In this document: one piece after another, positions 1-12,593 of the stretch
Numbering within the stretch: position 1 is the stretch's first letter
How the letters are laid out: each line of letters opens with the position of its first letter
NCBI RefSeq assembly: GCF_009834535.1
Contig: NC_045698.1
Coordinates: 10,914,001-10,978,000 of the forward strand
Direction: 5' to 3'
From: Camelus ferus
Taxonomy: Eukaryota
Length of the DNA: 64,000 nt
Translations under genes and position numbers: made by a program
Notes under the pieces: generated by a model
Seen by the model: the letters and a program-made list of their open reading frames with translations, nothing else
Database searches by the model: none
Told to the model about the DNA's origin: nothing

Positions 1-110
1 TTCCTACTGCACCTGCCCAAATCACAGGCTCGAGTACAATGAATGATCATTATTGCTCTAAGCTAGTAGCTTTTGACAAGTTTTGTTTTCCAGCAATAAA
101 TAACTGAAAC
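1..110 (+). mobile_element. 3' end of an MLT1 (ERVL-MaLR) LTR
   Basis: Ends ...aagctagtagcttttgacaagttttgttttccagcaataaataactgaaac, resembling the MLT1 terminus (aagccactaagtttt...cagcaatagataactgaaaca). Confidence 0.6.
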
Positions 111-129
111 TTGATTTTATCAATATATG

Positions 130-1715
130 ACTCTATTCTATCTTCTGCTGCTGTTCAGAAGCCCTCTGTCAATCTAAACAATGTTCTTGTTTTTTGTCTT
201 TGTGCTTCTATTAAGAGTATATTTTGCCTTTTGTGTTTCTCAGTTTCATTCTGTTGTATCTATGTGTCAATTTATTTATATATATCTTGCTTGGGATTCA
301 TTTGATTTCTGGAAACTACACTTTTATCATATCTGGAAAAACTTCAAATATTGCCTGCTTTCCATTCTCTGTTGTCTCTACCTGGGATTCTGCATATTTG
401 GATGTTAGTGAATATTTCCTAGTTATAAAAACCAAACATTTAGAGTTCCAGGAAAGGAGAGGGAATGGAGCACAGGCAATATTTCAAATGATAATGGCTG
501 AAATTTTTTCAGATATACTCATGCTAATTTCCACTTCTCCTCAGTTGTATCTAACATGCTATTAAACCTTGTCCATTCACTTTTTATTTTCAATTATATT
601 TTGCATTTCTATGTAAAAGCTTCATTTGCTTCCTGCACAAGTGTATGTTGTAATTCTTTGTAGTTTCCTTTACTTTGCAGATATTTTCAAGTGTAGCTTT
701 TAATTTTTGCTCTGAATTGTTGGTTACTATTTACGGTTCCTTATTCCTTGGAGAATTAATTGTGAGAATTTATTGAGGTCTAGAATGAGGCTAAGTTCCT
801 CCAGAGAGGATATGCCAGGTCCCTGGGAGCCATTCCAATTGGAACACTCTTTAAGCTGAATGCACTGCTTGAATTTGGTTGTGTGAATTTGGGCAAAAAT
901 TCTACAAAATCAGCTTGTGTTACTATCTCTCTCTCTCTCTTTCCCTTCCTTCCTTCTTTTCTTCTTCCCTCTCTCCTGCCTGCCTTTCTCCATTCCTTCC
1001 TCCCTTCCTTCCTCCCTTCTTTCCTCCCTGACGCACACGGGGATACGAAAGGAGGGAATACACTAAAGACCTTAATTCTTTGCTTAGTTGCGGGCTTTAT
1101 TTTATTGCTGTCTTGATGATTTATGTCTGTCTGTTGTTCTTTCTTTTCTTTTTTATTTCTTTAGGTTATTGCTTTATTTCTTTCTTCTTTCTTTCTCTCC
1201 CTCTTTTCTCTACCTCTTATTCTATCTTCTTTCTCTTTCTTTCTATTTCTATTTCTTTTCTTCTCTTTCTCTCTTTCCCTTTGTTTTGCTTGTTGCCAAT
1301 GCAACAAAGCAAATCTCCTTGCAGTCTTCAGTGAGGGGAATGATAAATTTTCTTCCAGTTAATCCTTAAACCCAAAGTACAACCCTTTGGGGTCCCAGCT
1401 TTATGAAGAGGAGGCTTGTTATTAGACCACCCATGTTGTCTCTGTTCTATATGCCCAAATGAGACCTTGAAAGTCATCGCTCAAGTTTCCACTTTGGCAA
1501 ATGCCCTCAGGCCAAAGAGGCAAAGGCAGTTTTCCTTTTTATAACTTCTAGCTTTCACTTAGATTTTGGCCTCAGGTTTTTCTTATTACTTTGCAGCTCA
1601 TCAGTGCTTTCAGGAAGATTTTTTTTTTTTTTTTGGTTTATTTTTACCTGCATTTTAAATTATTTTTCAGGAGAAAACTTAGTCTTATACCCAGGCCACC
1701 ATGTTACCAGAAATG
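130..1715 (-). mobile_element. Ancient L1ME/HAL1-type 5' region and ORF1 remnant, interrupted by CT-rich repeats
   Basis: Minus-strand ORF1-like text (ttcaaatattgcctg...ccattctct; ctcctcagttgtatctaacatgctattaaacc) and an old-L1 5'-end-like stretch ending ...ccaccatgttaccagaa. The plus-strand piece 426-516 translates to ...RGNGAQAIFQMIMAEIFSD (ORF1p motif AIFEEIMAENFP). Confidence 0.6.
925..1285. repeat. CT/CTT/CCTT-rich low-complexity tracts
   Basis: Directly visible pyrimidine runs; they explain the F/L/S-rich ORFs at 883-1369. Confidence 0.9.
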
Positions 1716-3974
1716 CCCCTCGCCCTGTATGGTACTGTCAGGCTTTCTCAGTGTTTTCAGACACCATTTAGTTCCTTTGGGCCTGTTCCATGTGGGTTTT
1801 ACAAACATGAATTTAAGCCAATGGCCAGATATGGAATATGGACTAAAGATTCTCTAGTCTCATTGAGAGAACAGATGGGATCTGCTTCTGTCACCATCCC
1901 ACCATGGAGGAGAGAATTAGCAAAAATAGTTTTGGAAATTGAGGGAGTTTCTAGCAGAGGAACCAATATTATGTTGCCTTCTTTTACACACATGGTATAT
2001 TTAATCAGAAAGTAGAATTTAAATGCCATATGAATAGCCTTCAATAGTCATCAACATTTGATTAGGGATTGAAAAAATATCGGTCCCCAACTGCGGCTGT
2101 TTGTTCACTTGTTGGCATAGGGTTTCTACAAGCGACCTAGGGCAGTTGTTCGCTTGTGGTAGGATGGCCCGTTCAAAGTACAGATGGCTTGTTAGATGGA
2201 GTTTGTTAAATTTAAACCCAGAAGGAATTGCCAGCAGATAAGAAAATTAGGTGGTAATTTTAAATAGTGTTAAAAAATGGATTTGTTTTAGAATGTAAGT
2301 GTCTAAGCAGTATTTGAAGACATATTGAGGCACAAATTCACCTTAATTTTTTTCAATTTCTCACAATCATACATCTCACTCTGGAGCTGGTATTCACGAT
2401 GTTGAGGAATGCTTATGTGTATTTTGCAGTCTTAAGAAATGCACAACATTTCCCAAGGGTATAATTTCACAAGGAAAAAATACTGCTCACAAAATTAGAA
2501 TCTACTAGTAGGTAAAAAGAATCCTACAATGACATTTGCAAAAAACCTTTAGTTACCATGAATATAATTGTAGTTACCTTGGGCCAGATGCAGAAAGGAC
2601 TTAGATCGACTCTGTGGTGCGTGGTTATTCTTTCCCAGGTGCTTGCCACATTCACTCTCCCATTCTGAGCAAAGAAGCAATAGGCTGCTTTTCATCTAGA
2701 TTTCTATGCTTTAAGATTAAAAAATAACTCATAGATGGCTACTGCTGATGGGACCAGGGGTGACGTCTGGGCATGAGAAAGGTGAATGATTTACAATGTG
2801 GTTTTGCATGGGCGTTCTACCTCATAAGGTCCTCCTGTTCCTGTTGATGGCAACTTTAACAAATCAATAAGATCTCTTCCGAGAAATTTGAAAATAATAT
2901 GAGAGCAACCAAAATAGGTAGTAGAGTAAAACAGAATTCAAGAGATGCAGAAAGAGTGGAATATAGGGAAGAAGCAATGAGGCATTAGAAACTATGAATT
3001 GGCAGAAACCATGAAGTAGAGCAGCAGGTAGACAGAGGCAATTAGAGTGGCCCCAGAAAAGAAAGAACTGGGCCAAGCAAAGGAAAACGTTGTTGGATAA
3101 TAATGTATGGTGGGAATGCAGGTCTTGATTTGCTTTCATGAACAGCATCCAGCTCTCCACGAAGGCTCTTTGCTTACTGCATCTGTTATCTTAAATTGCT
3201 CATGTATTTTTTCAATCGACTCTCATTACTTTAAGAAAATGTGTTTCTGTTTCTTAATAACTGAAAGCTATTAATCAAACCAGATTTGACGGAAAACAGA
3301 TAATGACCAAATTGGCTCTTCAGTAAGTTTGTCAAGAGCAAATTAGTCAAGGTGGCACAGAAAGGTGTGTGTATGTGTATTTTGAGACTCTTTTCAAGTT
3401 AAAGCAATGACAGAATATATATCATAATGATATGTATAATTAATATAAATGTGTATCAATGAGAGTTAAACATTTAGAAAGGGAAAAAAAATCAAAGTCA
3501 TAGCCACAATCTAAAATCAAGTTATACATCTTTAGAACTGAAACTGAGCTGAACTTAAGTGGCACCGATGCCATCCCAGGACTACAAAGGGATGGGGCTG
3601 TTGACTCCAGGCAGGGAAATGGGCAGAGGTGTCTGGTGTTCTACTTGTGTTACTGGAAAATAAAAGTGCTCTGTGTGAGGTGGGCGACTGTGACCTGTTT
3701 GCTGCTATAAAGCCTGTGAAAGGAAGATGAAAAAGCTGTGACTAGTTTCTGGCTGTGGCCCACAACTTAAGGAATAAGAGAGAGGCAAAGCCTGCCTGGG
3801 GTCTGGGCCAAATCACCATTGGCACAGGGACCGTGACAATAATGTCCTTAATATCACCTTGGGACAGAACCTTGTGTAGCTGGATGCAGGCACAACTCTT
3901 TGATGGAAGAGGATGAGTTCAGAGCCAGAGAGAAAAACAATCAAAGAAGGAAGCAATCTCCAATACAAATAGGA

Positions 3975-4100
3975 GAAGCAATTCTGACTCAAGACTCCAA
4001 CATCAACACTTACCTGAGCTGCCAACTTGCCAGCCTGCCCAGATTTCACATCTGCCAGCCCCCATAATCTTGTGAGTCCATTTCTTAAAATAAATCAGGT
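3975..4100 (+). mobile_element. MLT2 (ERVL) LTR fragment
   Basis: gactcaagactccaacatcaac...gccagcccccataatcttgtgagtccatttcttaaaataaatc matches the MLT2 3' part. Confidence 0.75.
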
Positions 4101-4189
4101 AGATTCATTTTATTATAGAAGTATGTTATAATATATAATGTTGTCTATTATTATATATAACATACATGTTATTATATAAATCTATTATT

Positions 4190-4930
4190 ATAATGATGAA
4201 AGAATAACTTTGAAAATATAAGGTCAAAGAAACTTCTAGAAATTAAGACACCATATGGGTCCTCAGATTCAAAGTGTAAACTGAATGCTGAGCAGGATAA
4301 ATAAAAATCAATTCACACCAAACACATCAACATGATATTGCAAACATTAGGAGAAAATCTTATGAGCAACCAAAGGAAAAGAAGCAATCTTAAAATCTTA
4401 AACTTATTAGACAAGAAATGCAGATTACCTGCAAATGAACCACAGTTAGACTGACAGCAATTTTCTCCACAATGAAAATAGATGATAAAAAGATAGTGGG
4501 ATAATATCCTCAGAGTGTTGAGGGAAAATATGTTTTGACCTGAAATACTACATTCTATTAAGATGTGCTTTGTGCATGAGGATTCAATGAAGACATTACC
4601 AAGTATCTGGAGTGTGCCTGCCACAGTTCTCCACTGAAAAAAACTGATTAAGGGCATAAGGTAACTCAGACAAAAAAAAGTAGGATGCAAAGCGAAACAG
4701 GAATCCATGAGCACGAAATTCTGGGTAGACTAAGTTTCAGCTGCAAAAACAATGGCTAATTCTTATGTTTAAAAGGAAATAGAAAAGAATTCTATACAAA
4801 ATAAAATATAAGAGGACAGGTACGCACTAACTAGGTGAATTCTATTTGTCTCAATTTCAGGTGAGCAGATTAGAGATACTTGAAAGGACACTGACTTACA
4901 CTGAAATGTTATATATTTCAATATATAAAT
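4190..4930 (+). mobile_element. Old L1M ORF1 remnant
   Basis: cctcagattcaaag...gctgagcaggataaataaaaat...cacaccaaacacatc and gactgacagcaattttctc are ORF1-like segments; many stops. Confidence 0.7.
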
Positions 4931-5204
4931 GATCATCTACAGCCGTGCTGGATAATAGACAGCTGCTTGCACCTGCATGGAGAATTACATGGATGGTATC
5001 ACTCCAAAGGCAGCGTGATAAGGTGTGTTGTTCTGGTGACTCAAATATCATCAAAAGTGTTGCCTTCAGTAACATGAGTTCCAAAAGATGGACCAACTTT
5101 TGGTAAAGTCCCAAGCCAAAAGTACAACATTCCCTTGGGGTTTTATTGTGCATTTCTGAGAAATTCATTATAATTTAAGACTGTGCAAAAATAATTTATA
5201 TGTG

Positions 5205-5844
5205 CAGTCAACCCTCATTATTTGTGAATTCCACATTTACGAATTTTGCTACTTGCCCAAATTAATTTGTAACCCACCAATTGTCACTGGTGGTGCTTTT
5301 GCAGTCTTTGCTGAACGTGGGCAGAGTGGCCAACATTTGAGTCACGAATGTGCACATTCCCAGCAGAGGGAAAACAAGGCTCTGTCTTCTTGCTTCAACT
5401 CTCATACTGAAATCAGGTGTCCTTTTTGTAGTCTATTTAGTGCCATGTTTTTCACATTTTTGTGTTTTTGGTTGGTGATTTTGCTGTTTAAACTCCCCTC
5501 AAATCACAGTGCTGAAGTACTGTCTAGTGTTCCTAAGCATGAGGGGGCTGTGATGTACCTTATGAAGGGAACTTGTGAGTTAAAGAAGCTTTGTTCAGGC
5601 ATGAGTATAGTGCCATTGGCTGTTAAGTTTGATGGTAAAAAGTCTGCAATAAATAGGATGTCTTTAAACAGAAATAGATGTAAAACAAGGTTATGTTTTG
5701 ATGGGTTGATGAAAATGCAGTGACCAGAGGCTCAAAGGAAAGGAACTCTGTATTTCCCTTTGGAGCAATGGTTTAGGAGTTGCTAATTCAGTCTTCATGA
5801 TGACTTTATAGGCCAGAACTACTACAAATTATAAACGTCGTCTG
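5205..5844 (+). mobile_element. MER82 (TcMar-Tigger non-autonomous DNA transposon), near full length
   Basis: Starts cagtcaaccctcattatttgtgaattcc; internal tatttagtgccatgtttttcacatttttgtg and gtgctgaagtactgtctagtgttcctaagc; ends ...aaacgtcgtctg. Accounts for the 173-aa ORF 5202-5723. Confidence 0.88.
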
Positions 5845-6529
5845 CGTAGGTAAAATGGAGACGTTAGAATAAAGAGGAATTTCTCCTCATAACACAGCCA
5901 AATATACCCTCTGTACTTTCCAAAACGCTGCCTAGTAGAAAACCACCTCTGTAGAGAAATGTTTTGGAAATAGGGTTGTCCTTGAGTTCTAATGAGTCTG
6001 TGCCATACATTGAATCCTAATTCGACTACTCTGATGTCCAAAGTCTCTAGTACCTGATATGTTAGCATTTTTTCTCCAGAAAAATCAGATTGCCCATAAA
6101 GGTATTCTCCGGTCAGCTCACTTGTTAGGATTTTCTTAGCTTAGATTTCAGTCTGTGCTCAAAGCAGACACTCTAGTTCTTCTGTTGGTGGAGCAGGAGA
6201 CTCTGGTCTCAGGAGAAGACCTTCTGGAATCCTCAAAATCACAAAAGGGATCATCAGTTGGGGTTAGCATTAACTGGAAGTCTAGGAGGTCTCAAAAGTC
6301 AGCGCTCATCGCATTAATACTGTGATGCTTGTTTTCATTTTTCTTTTTCAATCTCCTCTTTCAGTCTTTTTTCTCTCTCCAAATGGAGAAAAGATTCAAA
6401 AGCACACAGTGAGCCCTACCAGGTCTTATATTTATTGCAAGGAACATGCTCCCCCTGCTTACCTGTAAGACAGATCTTGTCAATGGTGTAGACTTAAGAG
6501 GCGCATAAAAAACATACCTTTACAAAGAC

Positions 6530-6790
6530 TCTCAGTGGTGCTGGATTAGGCACTGAGGATGCAAAGATATGCAATCAATCCTCCCTTGAGAAATATGCAG
6601 TCCTCTAGAGAAGATGCCAAAGAACATAACATTTCAATATCGTGAGCTGACAGGGTAGGTAGCCCCAAGGAGAGGCCCGTAACTCATCCCCAGGAGGGAG
6701 TGAAGGGAGGTCTGTAAGGCCCTCTGGAAGAGGAGTTACACTTGAGCTGATTCCTCAAGAAGGTCTAAGAATTTCCCAGACTGTCTTATG
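6530..6790 (-). mobile_element. L2 fragment
   Basis: aggcactgaggatgcaaagat...; ctggaagaggagttacacttgagctga resemble antisense L2 3' sequence. Confidence 0.5.
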
Positions 6791-7299
6791 TCAGCTCACT
6801 TAAGGCCAAGGGTCACGTCTAAGTCACCTAAAAGTCTAACCACTCTTGAGCCAGTTATCTCCATCCACAGATTCAACAACTGTATCATAACAGTGAACTG
6901 TGTAGTTGGAACAGTTGAGCACTTTGCTTCTAACCCATTAAGTTAGTCATGAAAACTCCCAAACAGCTCCAGCACATTTGCTGGATTTATTTAACGTCTT
7001 TATTTTAGGGAGGTCCAAGCTTTATAAACTGTTTCATTTATTCTCATATCAAATATCACTGAAAGGTTAAATTTGGTGTTCGGTGACATTCTCCAGGCAA
7101 CCTTTCCAAAGCGAAAACTGAAAATAATGGATGTGACGTTTCTTCCAGGAAATCTCCTCCACGAAGCCCAATCTTGAATCCTCGGAGGACCTAGCAGTTT
7201 TGGACGGTATCCAACCTGCCAGTTTCTTGTGATTGGAGCTCGAATCGCTCAACTGGACAAAGTGTCAGGAGACAAGGGTTCCTTTACTGGAAAGAATTC

Positions 7300-7405
7300 A
7301 AAGGAGGGAGGAAGGAAGGGAGATAGAGAAAGGGAGAAGGAAGAAATGGAGAGAAGGAGGAAGAGAAAAACAGAGAGAGACAGAGACACAGAGAGAAAGA
7401 AAGTG
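7300..7405. repeat. GA-rich low-complexity tract
   Basis: Visible GAG/GGAA/GA repeats; they explain the E/R/K-rich ORFs at 7229-7483. Confidence 0.9.
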
Positions 7406-7489
7406 GTTGAACAACAAGAGAGGCCCCATCCTCATCACGGATGGAAAGTAACTGAAAGAATTAAACAGTTGATCCCTTTCTAAAGAGGC

Positions 7490-7725
7490 ACTGCTGTGTA
7501 GTAGGAAAAACTGGGGATAAAATCTGAATTCAAAGCCATTTCCATCACATACTAACTGTGTAATCATACAAAATTAAACTGAGATTCAGTCTAGTTCAGT
7601 GACGAAAACAGGCTTGATAAGAGCACCTAATCCATAGGACTGTGGTGAGAGTTAGATAATGTAAAAGATGCAGAGTGCCTAGAAGAGGTGCCACCTGACA
7701 TGCTATAATAATGTTACCATTATTT
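7490..7725 (+). mobile_element. MIR SINE
   Basis: aatctgaattcaaagcc...actaactgtgtaatc...cataggactgtggtgagagttagataatgtaaa resembles the MIR core. Confidence 0.6.
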
Positions 7726-8449
7726 ATTATATAATATTATTATAATTACTGGCAGTGGTTGTACAATTTTGACTTCATGATAAATAAATAAAATGAATAA
7801 CCACCCTGATTAAATTAGCAGTAGTAAATGAATAATAAAGTGGGATCACTTGATGAGAATGTAGTTTCTGAACAATTTAATATGTAAATAAGATGTCTAT
7901 TTTTTCTAATAATTAAGCATTCTTAAGGCACGAGCGTATTATAATGTTAAGTGTTAAATGACATTTATGAAGCGCCTTGTGTTTTCCCAAAGTGTCTCAT
8001 AATTTTTTTATACATACATTTGTCAGAGGATGGTAAGACCACTACTTAATATCTGAAGTGAAAAGACATGAGGCTTATTGCTGACTCTAGGAAAAGGGGG
8101 CGATATTGATCAGACAGCCTCTCTTTCAGGGATTGATGACTTTCAGAGGTCCAAATGGGCTCATGTCACCAGCAGAAATGTGGTTATTCAGGAGACACTT
8201 TTGTTGACTGGCGAACACTTAGGGACATGGTCATTGTAACGAGTCCATCTCTGACTGGCTAAACTTTTTCAGAAGCAGTGGGCTGGTGATGATTGGTTGA
8301 CGTGCCAAAGTATGTTTACAGGAGGTAAGTGGTTGTTGATCAATTGAGCAGGTTTAAAAATGATCCTGATTGTTACTTATTATCATGACTACAAGAAAAT
8401 CTGTCTTTCCTTAATTACTTAAAATACTCTCACTTTATGCTTATTCAAA

Positions 8450-9650
8450 TCCACTTGTTTGGTCAATAACTATTTATTGAGTGCCTATTATGCTTTAAGT
8501 AAAAAAAAAAAGTGTATAGAACAGTGTATCTGTTCTTACAGTCAAGCTAGGGAAACAAATAAACAGATAAACTGAGAATATCTTGTGCTGGTAAGAGCTG
8601 AGGAGACTAATCAGGCAGGACACTCTGACTGATGAATTGAGGGTGTTCTGAAGGTTGGTGTCATGAGTTGAATTGTGTCCCCTCCAAAAGATGTACTGAA
8701 GATCTAACTCCCAGTGCCTATGAATACGACACCTGGAAATCAAGTATTTGCAGATGAAATCAAGTTAAGATAATATCATTAGATTTAGCCCTTTGGAACA
8801 GATCCAATGTGCCTGGTGTTTTATAAGAAGAGGAAACAAGGACCCAGACATACAGGGAGAATGCCACGTGAGGACAGTGCAGGGACAGAAGGGATGTAAC
8901 TGTAAGCCAAGGAAGGCCGAGGATGGTAGGCGACCACCAGAAGCTAGGAAGGGCAAAGAAGGACTCTACTCAGAGTCTCAGAGGGAGCATGGCCCTGCTC
9001 ACACCTTGAGTTTGGACCTCTAGCTTCCAGAACTGTGAGTCAATATATTTCTATTGTCTCAAGCCACTCAGTTGGTGGCACCTTGCAATGACAGACACAG
9101 GAAACAAATACGGTTGGCAAGGGCAAAAGAGGGCAGATCAATCAGCAGACTCATGCAAGAGCCACATGAGAGAGGCTGATGGCTCAAATCAGAGCACTAG
9201 AAATAGAGCTGGTGAGAAAGGGTTGGATTCTGTATATATTTTGGAGGTAAAACCAACAGGATTTGGTGATGGATTGAATGTGAAGTGTGAGAAGACAGGA
9301 ATCCAGGATGACTCTAGGTTTTTGATCTGAGCAACAGGAGTTACTATTTTCTAAAATAAGGAATATTCTAGGTTAAGGGAGAGGAACTTAATTCAGAAAT
9401 TTGACTTTTAAGTTTGAGATGTCTATCAGGCATCAATATGCAGATGTCAAACTCAGAATTGGATGTATATGTTTGGAGGGCAGGGAAAACTCCAGATGGG
9501 AGAATACAGTTTTGAGTTGTTAACATATAGATGGCATTTAAAAGTCAGAAAGTAAGATCTCTCAGGTGCCAAATATACAATGAAAACAAAAGGGAGTCCC
9601 AAATTGAGCCTTGTGGGGTAGACAAGACAGAAAACTGAGACAGAAAAATG
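8450..9650 (-). mobile_element. L2 fragment split by an MLT1 LTR
   Basis: tatttattgagtgcctattatg (L2 3' end, antisense) and ggattctgtatatattttggaggtaaaaccaacaggatttggtgatggattgaatgtg...ggatgactctaggtttttgatctgagcaac. Confidence 0.75.
8659..9112 (+). mobile_element. MLT1C-like solo LTR (ERVL-MaLR) with 5-bp TSD
   Basis: tgtcatgagttgaattgtgtccc...ccaccagaagctaggaag...tagcttccagaactgtgag...gaaacaaatacg, flanked by gttgg (8654-8658) and gttgg (9113-9117). Confidence 0.9.
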
Positions 9651-10349
9651 AAGAAACTTGCCCAAAGAGAAATAATTAGAAATAATGTCAGAATTTCAAA
9701 TTAGGTCTTTTACTTTCAAATTCTTTCTTATTTCTAATATATGCAGTGTCTCTCATGTAACATTTTCTGTAGTAGGAAGAGTTTTATCCATATAAACTGG
9801 TTCTAACCTGTTCTCTTTCTTACTATACCTTCTTGAAAGATGTAATGACTAAAATGGGTGTAACTTTAAATTATTCAATAGATACATGACTTTTTCTCTG
9901 ACCTTCCATAATGGCCTACGTTATCACCTCAACCCTACCTTGAACATCAGAAAGAAGTTTGCACTTGAGGTAATCAGAGTTAGCTTCATTAGTTACAGAC
10001 CTCATTCTGGACTTCATTAAAATGAAGCTGTATTTTGAAAATCTTATCTAATGGCATCTTATTGATGCTCTCCTTACTTCCTTCTTGGGAACAGATAACT
10101 TATGGATTGGCTCATTGTATATTGTCTTATGCAGTTGCTATCCTAAAATATTTTTTGTTAGGTGCTCAGTGAAGTTTTGTTAAGCCAAATACATTTCATC
10201 TTCCTACTTGGTACAATAATTATACAGCTTTTAAAGTTGGACACTACCCAGCACAATTGAAAAAATTAAACCAAAAATAACCTTTCATTCAAAAATACAA
10301 AGAGTGGATTTCAAAAGCATCACTCTGTGGGTGTGAGAATGGAAAGAGA

Positions 10350-11100
10350 CTTTATAAATCACTGATTCTAACCCCTTCCCTTTAAAGCGAACTAGATCTT
10401 CACGTTAGAGAAAGTTAAGGTCTAGAGGAGTTTGCACCACTTACCCAAGGCAACACCTGACTGTGACAGGCTGGGACTGGAATTCTAGCCTTCTTCCCAA
10501 TGCTGGGGTTCGGTTCCCCAGATGAGAGAACTGAGAGAAGAGAAAAGGAAGATAGATCAATGCCTATGTCTGATAGCCTTCATGACAGACTAGATTCAGA
10601 AGAGAAAAGAAAATCAGGGAAGATGAGAAGGTGGCCAGTTTTCCACAGTACGTGGCAATGAAAGTGTTCCAATGAGCAGCATGGCCAAAGCATGAGGAGC
10701 AAACCCCATCTTCTGCACCAAATATGTTACTTCAAGTCCTCTTGCCTCTGTTTTGTCTTCTGTAAAATAGAGATACAAATAATGGGCTTGTTTTGAGGAT
10801 TAAGTGTAATCACCTGTGTGAAGTGTTTAGCATAGTGCTTGGCACAGAGTAAGAGCTGAGTGAATGTTAGTTATTATTGGTAGTATCTTTAAATAATAAA
10901 GCCAGAGAATGCAGGCTGATATTCCAGCTCTTCTACTAGCCCTGTAAACTCAGCAAATCACTGAACTCTGCGCCTCCATTTCTTCACTATAAACTGGGGT
11001 CATAATACTTTATCTGCTGACTTTACGGTGATGACATGCATGAGGATTGAATGAGAAATATTAGTGCAAGGGTCCTGAATGTGTAAACTGCTGATTTCCG
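10350..11100. mobile_element. Cluster of about three MIR fragments
   Basis: ttacccaaggcaacacc...ctgggactggaattc (minus strand); ctgtaaaatagagat...tgaggattaagtgtaat...tttagcatagtgcttggcacagagtaagagct; tgaggattgaatgaga. Confidence 0.7.
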
Positions 11101-12411
11101 TGTCTCATCTGTATTATTCTTTCCTCAAGTGCCTCAACTGAATGCATCTTTAATCTCAATGTTGACATGGATTATATTAGTTGAAAGAATTAAGAGAGAG
11201 TATCTTGTCTTGGTATGGGAGGAAAGGGAAAGAGATACTATTAAAGACCAAATATTAAAAGCCTAATGAATGTGACCTAATAAATTATTTTATATCAAAT
11301 GAGACCTTCCTAAAATAATTAGCAAAAAAGTACCCATTAAGGTAGTTTTCCTGGCAAACGGGCAAGTTTAATCAGCTTGCTTTTTTAAGCAGTTGGATAG
11401 AGTTTTCTAAATGTTAAAATTAAACATTCTGAAAGAATCCGGTAATTGTGAAACTTGCCCTCGTGATTACATTCTAAAATACAAAAATGGGGCAGGAAAT
11501 GATCTCTGTTAACCAGTGGATAGTTGGGAATCCGAAGCCGTGATGCTTGTTTTTTAGCTCCATTCAAATTTTCTCCAGGCACTGTCTTTGTTTATGTCTC
11601 ATTTATTTCGTCTTTTAAGGTACTGTTGATATTCAGCTCTTCTACCCACAAGAGGGAATTATGAAGCTTGCTTTCTAATTATTTCCCTGAGTTAGTAACA
11701 GAATAGTAACTGTTTTGAGATTATTATCCTTCTGAAAATGCTATTTTAATTGAACCAAGGAAATATGTTTAAAATTACAAAATACAAGATACAGTGTGGC
11801 ATACTTTCGTATGTCTATAGTCTTAGTTTTCAGTGCTATGTTTATTATATTTTTATGTACGATCTTCACAATTTAAAAAAAAATTGGTAGCTTTATAAAT
11901 CACGTTACTGGTGCCTAACAAAAAATTGCACGTGAAAGTTTGAATTAAGAGGAATAAATATCAGTGTTATTCTATCATGTCAAGCATCAGACACATTACA
12001 TTTCTGTATCAGTTTTCAGTAAAATGTGTTCTAAAAGGAGACCTGAAATAACTGACAATAAAGTAGGCTGCTTAGTGGGTTTTCCCCAAGGCTAAATTGT
12101 GATATAACTAATTTGCCCCGGCATCAGTCCATTTCCATTTCTGGGTTGTTACCCATTTTTTTGGCTTCTTCCTCAACTTCCCTTTGAAAGGTGGAACTTT
12201 CTTCTTAATCTTTCCTCCCTCTCAGTTTTATCAAAACATGCTCTAAGGAAGGAATTTGATTTCATTCAGTTTTTCTCTATGTGAACTGAAGCCAGTGAAT
12301 CATTTCTCCATGATTATTTGTATCTTAAATCTCAGCAATAAATGCCGAAGCGAATGCTTTCTTCCTGGTAACCTATATTTCAATTCCTAACAGGTGGAGG
12401 ATCACATTTTA

Positions 12412-12593
12412 TCGGTAATTTTTTTACATAGTTTTTTTTTTTTTTAGCTTTTGTTTGCTTGTGTTTTGGAGGGAGGTAATTAGGTTTATTTATTTATTTG
12501 TAATAATTTTTTTTGAATGGAAGTACTGGGAATTGAACCCAGGACCTCAGGCATGCTAAGCAGGCACTCTACCACTGAGCTATACCCTACCCT
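12412..12593 (-). mobile_element. tRNA-derived SINE, camelid Vic-1-like
   Basis: gggaggtaattaggtttatttatttatt...gtactgggaattgaacccaggacctcaggcatgctaagcaggcactctaccactgagctataccc. The reverse strand carries an A box (tagctcagtgg) and a B box (gttcaattcc). TSD-like cacatttta at 12403-12411 and 12600-12608. Confidence 0.85.

Noticed and set aside
5202..5723. Longest ORF (173 aa) as a gene
   Set aside because: Lies entirely inside MER82, has a non-ATG start and no splice context. Only its tail reflects a Tigger transposase N-terminal remnant.
6050..6385. Possible minus-strand coding relic (EREKRLKEEIEKEK...)
   Set aside because: The apparent coiled-coil comes from a CT-rich tract; all frames contain stops and I recognise no protein.
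8020..8400. Possible old LTR or enhancer
   Set aside because: LTR-like in texture, but I could not assign a family or termini with confidence.
12500..12590. tRNA gene
   Set aside because: A and B boxes are present, but the AT-rich tail and TSD show it is a SINE.
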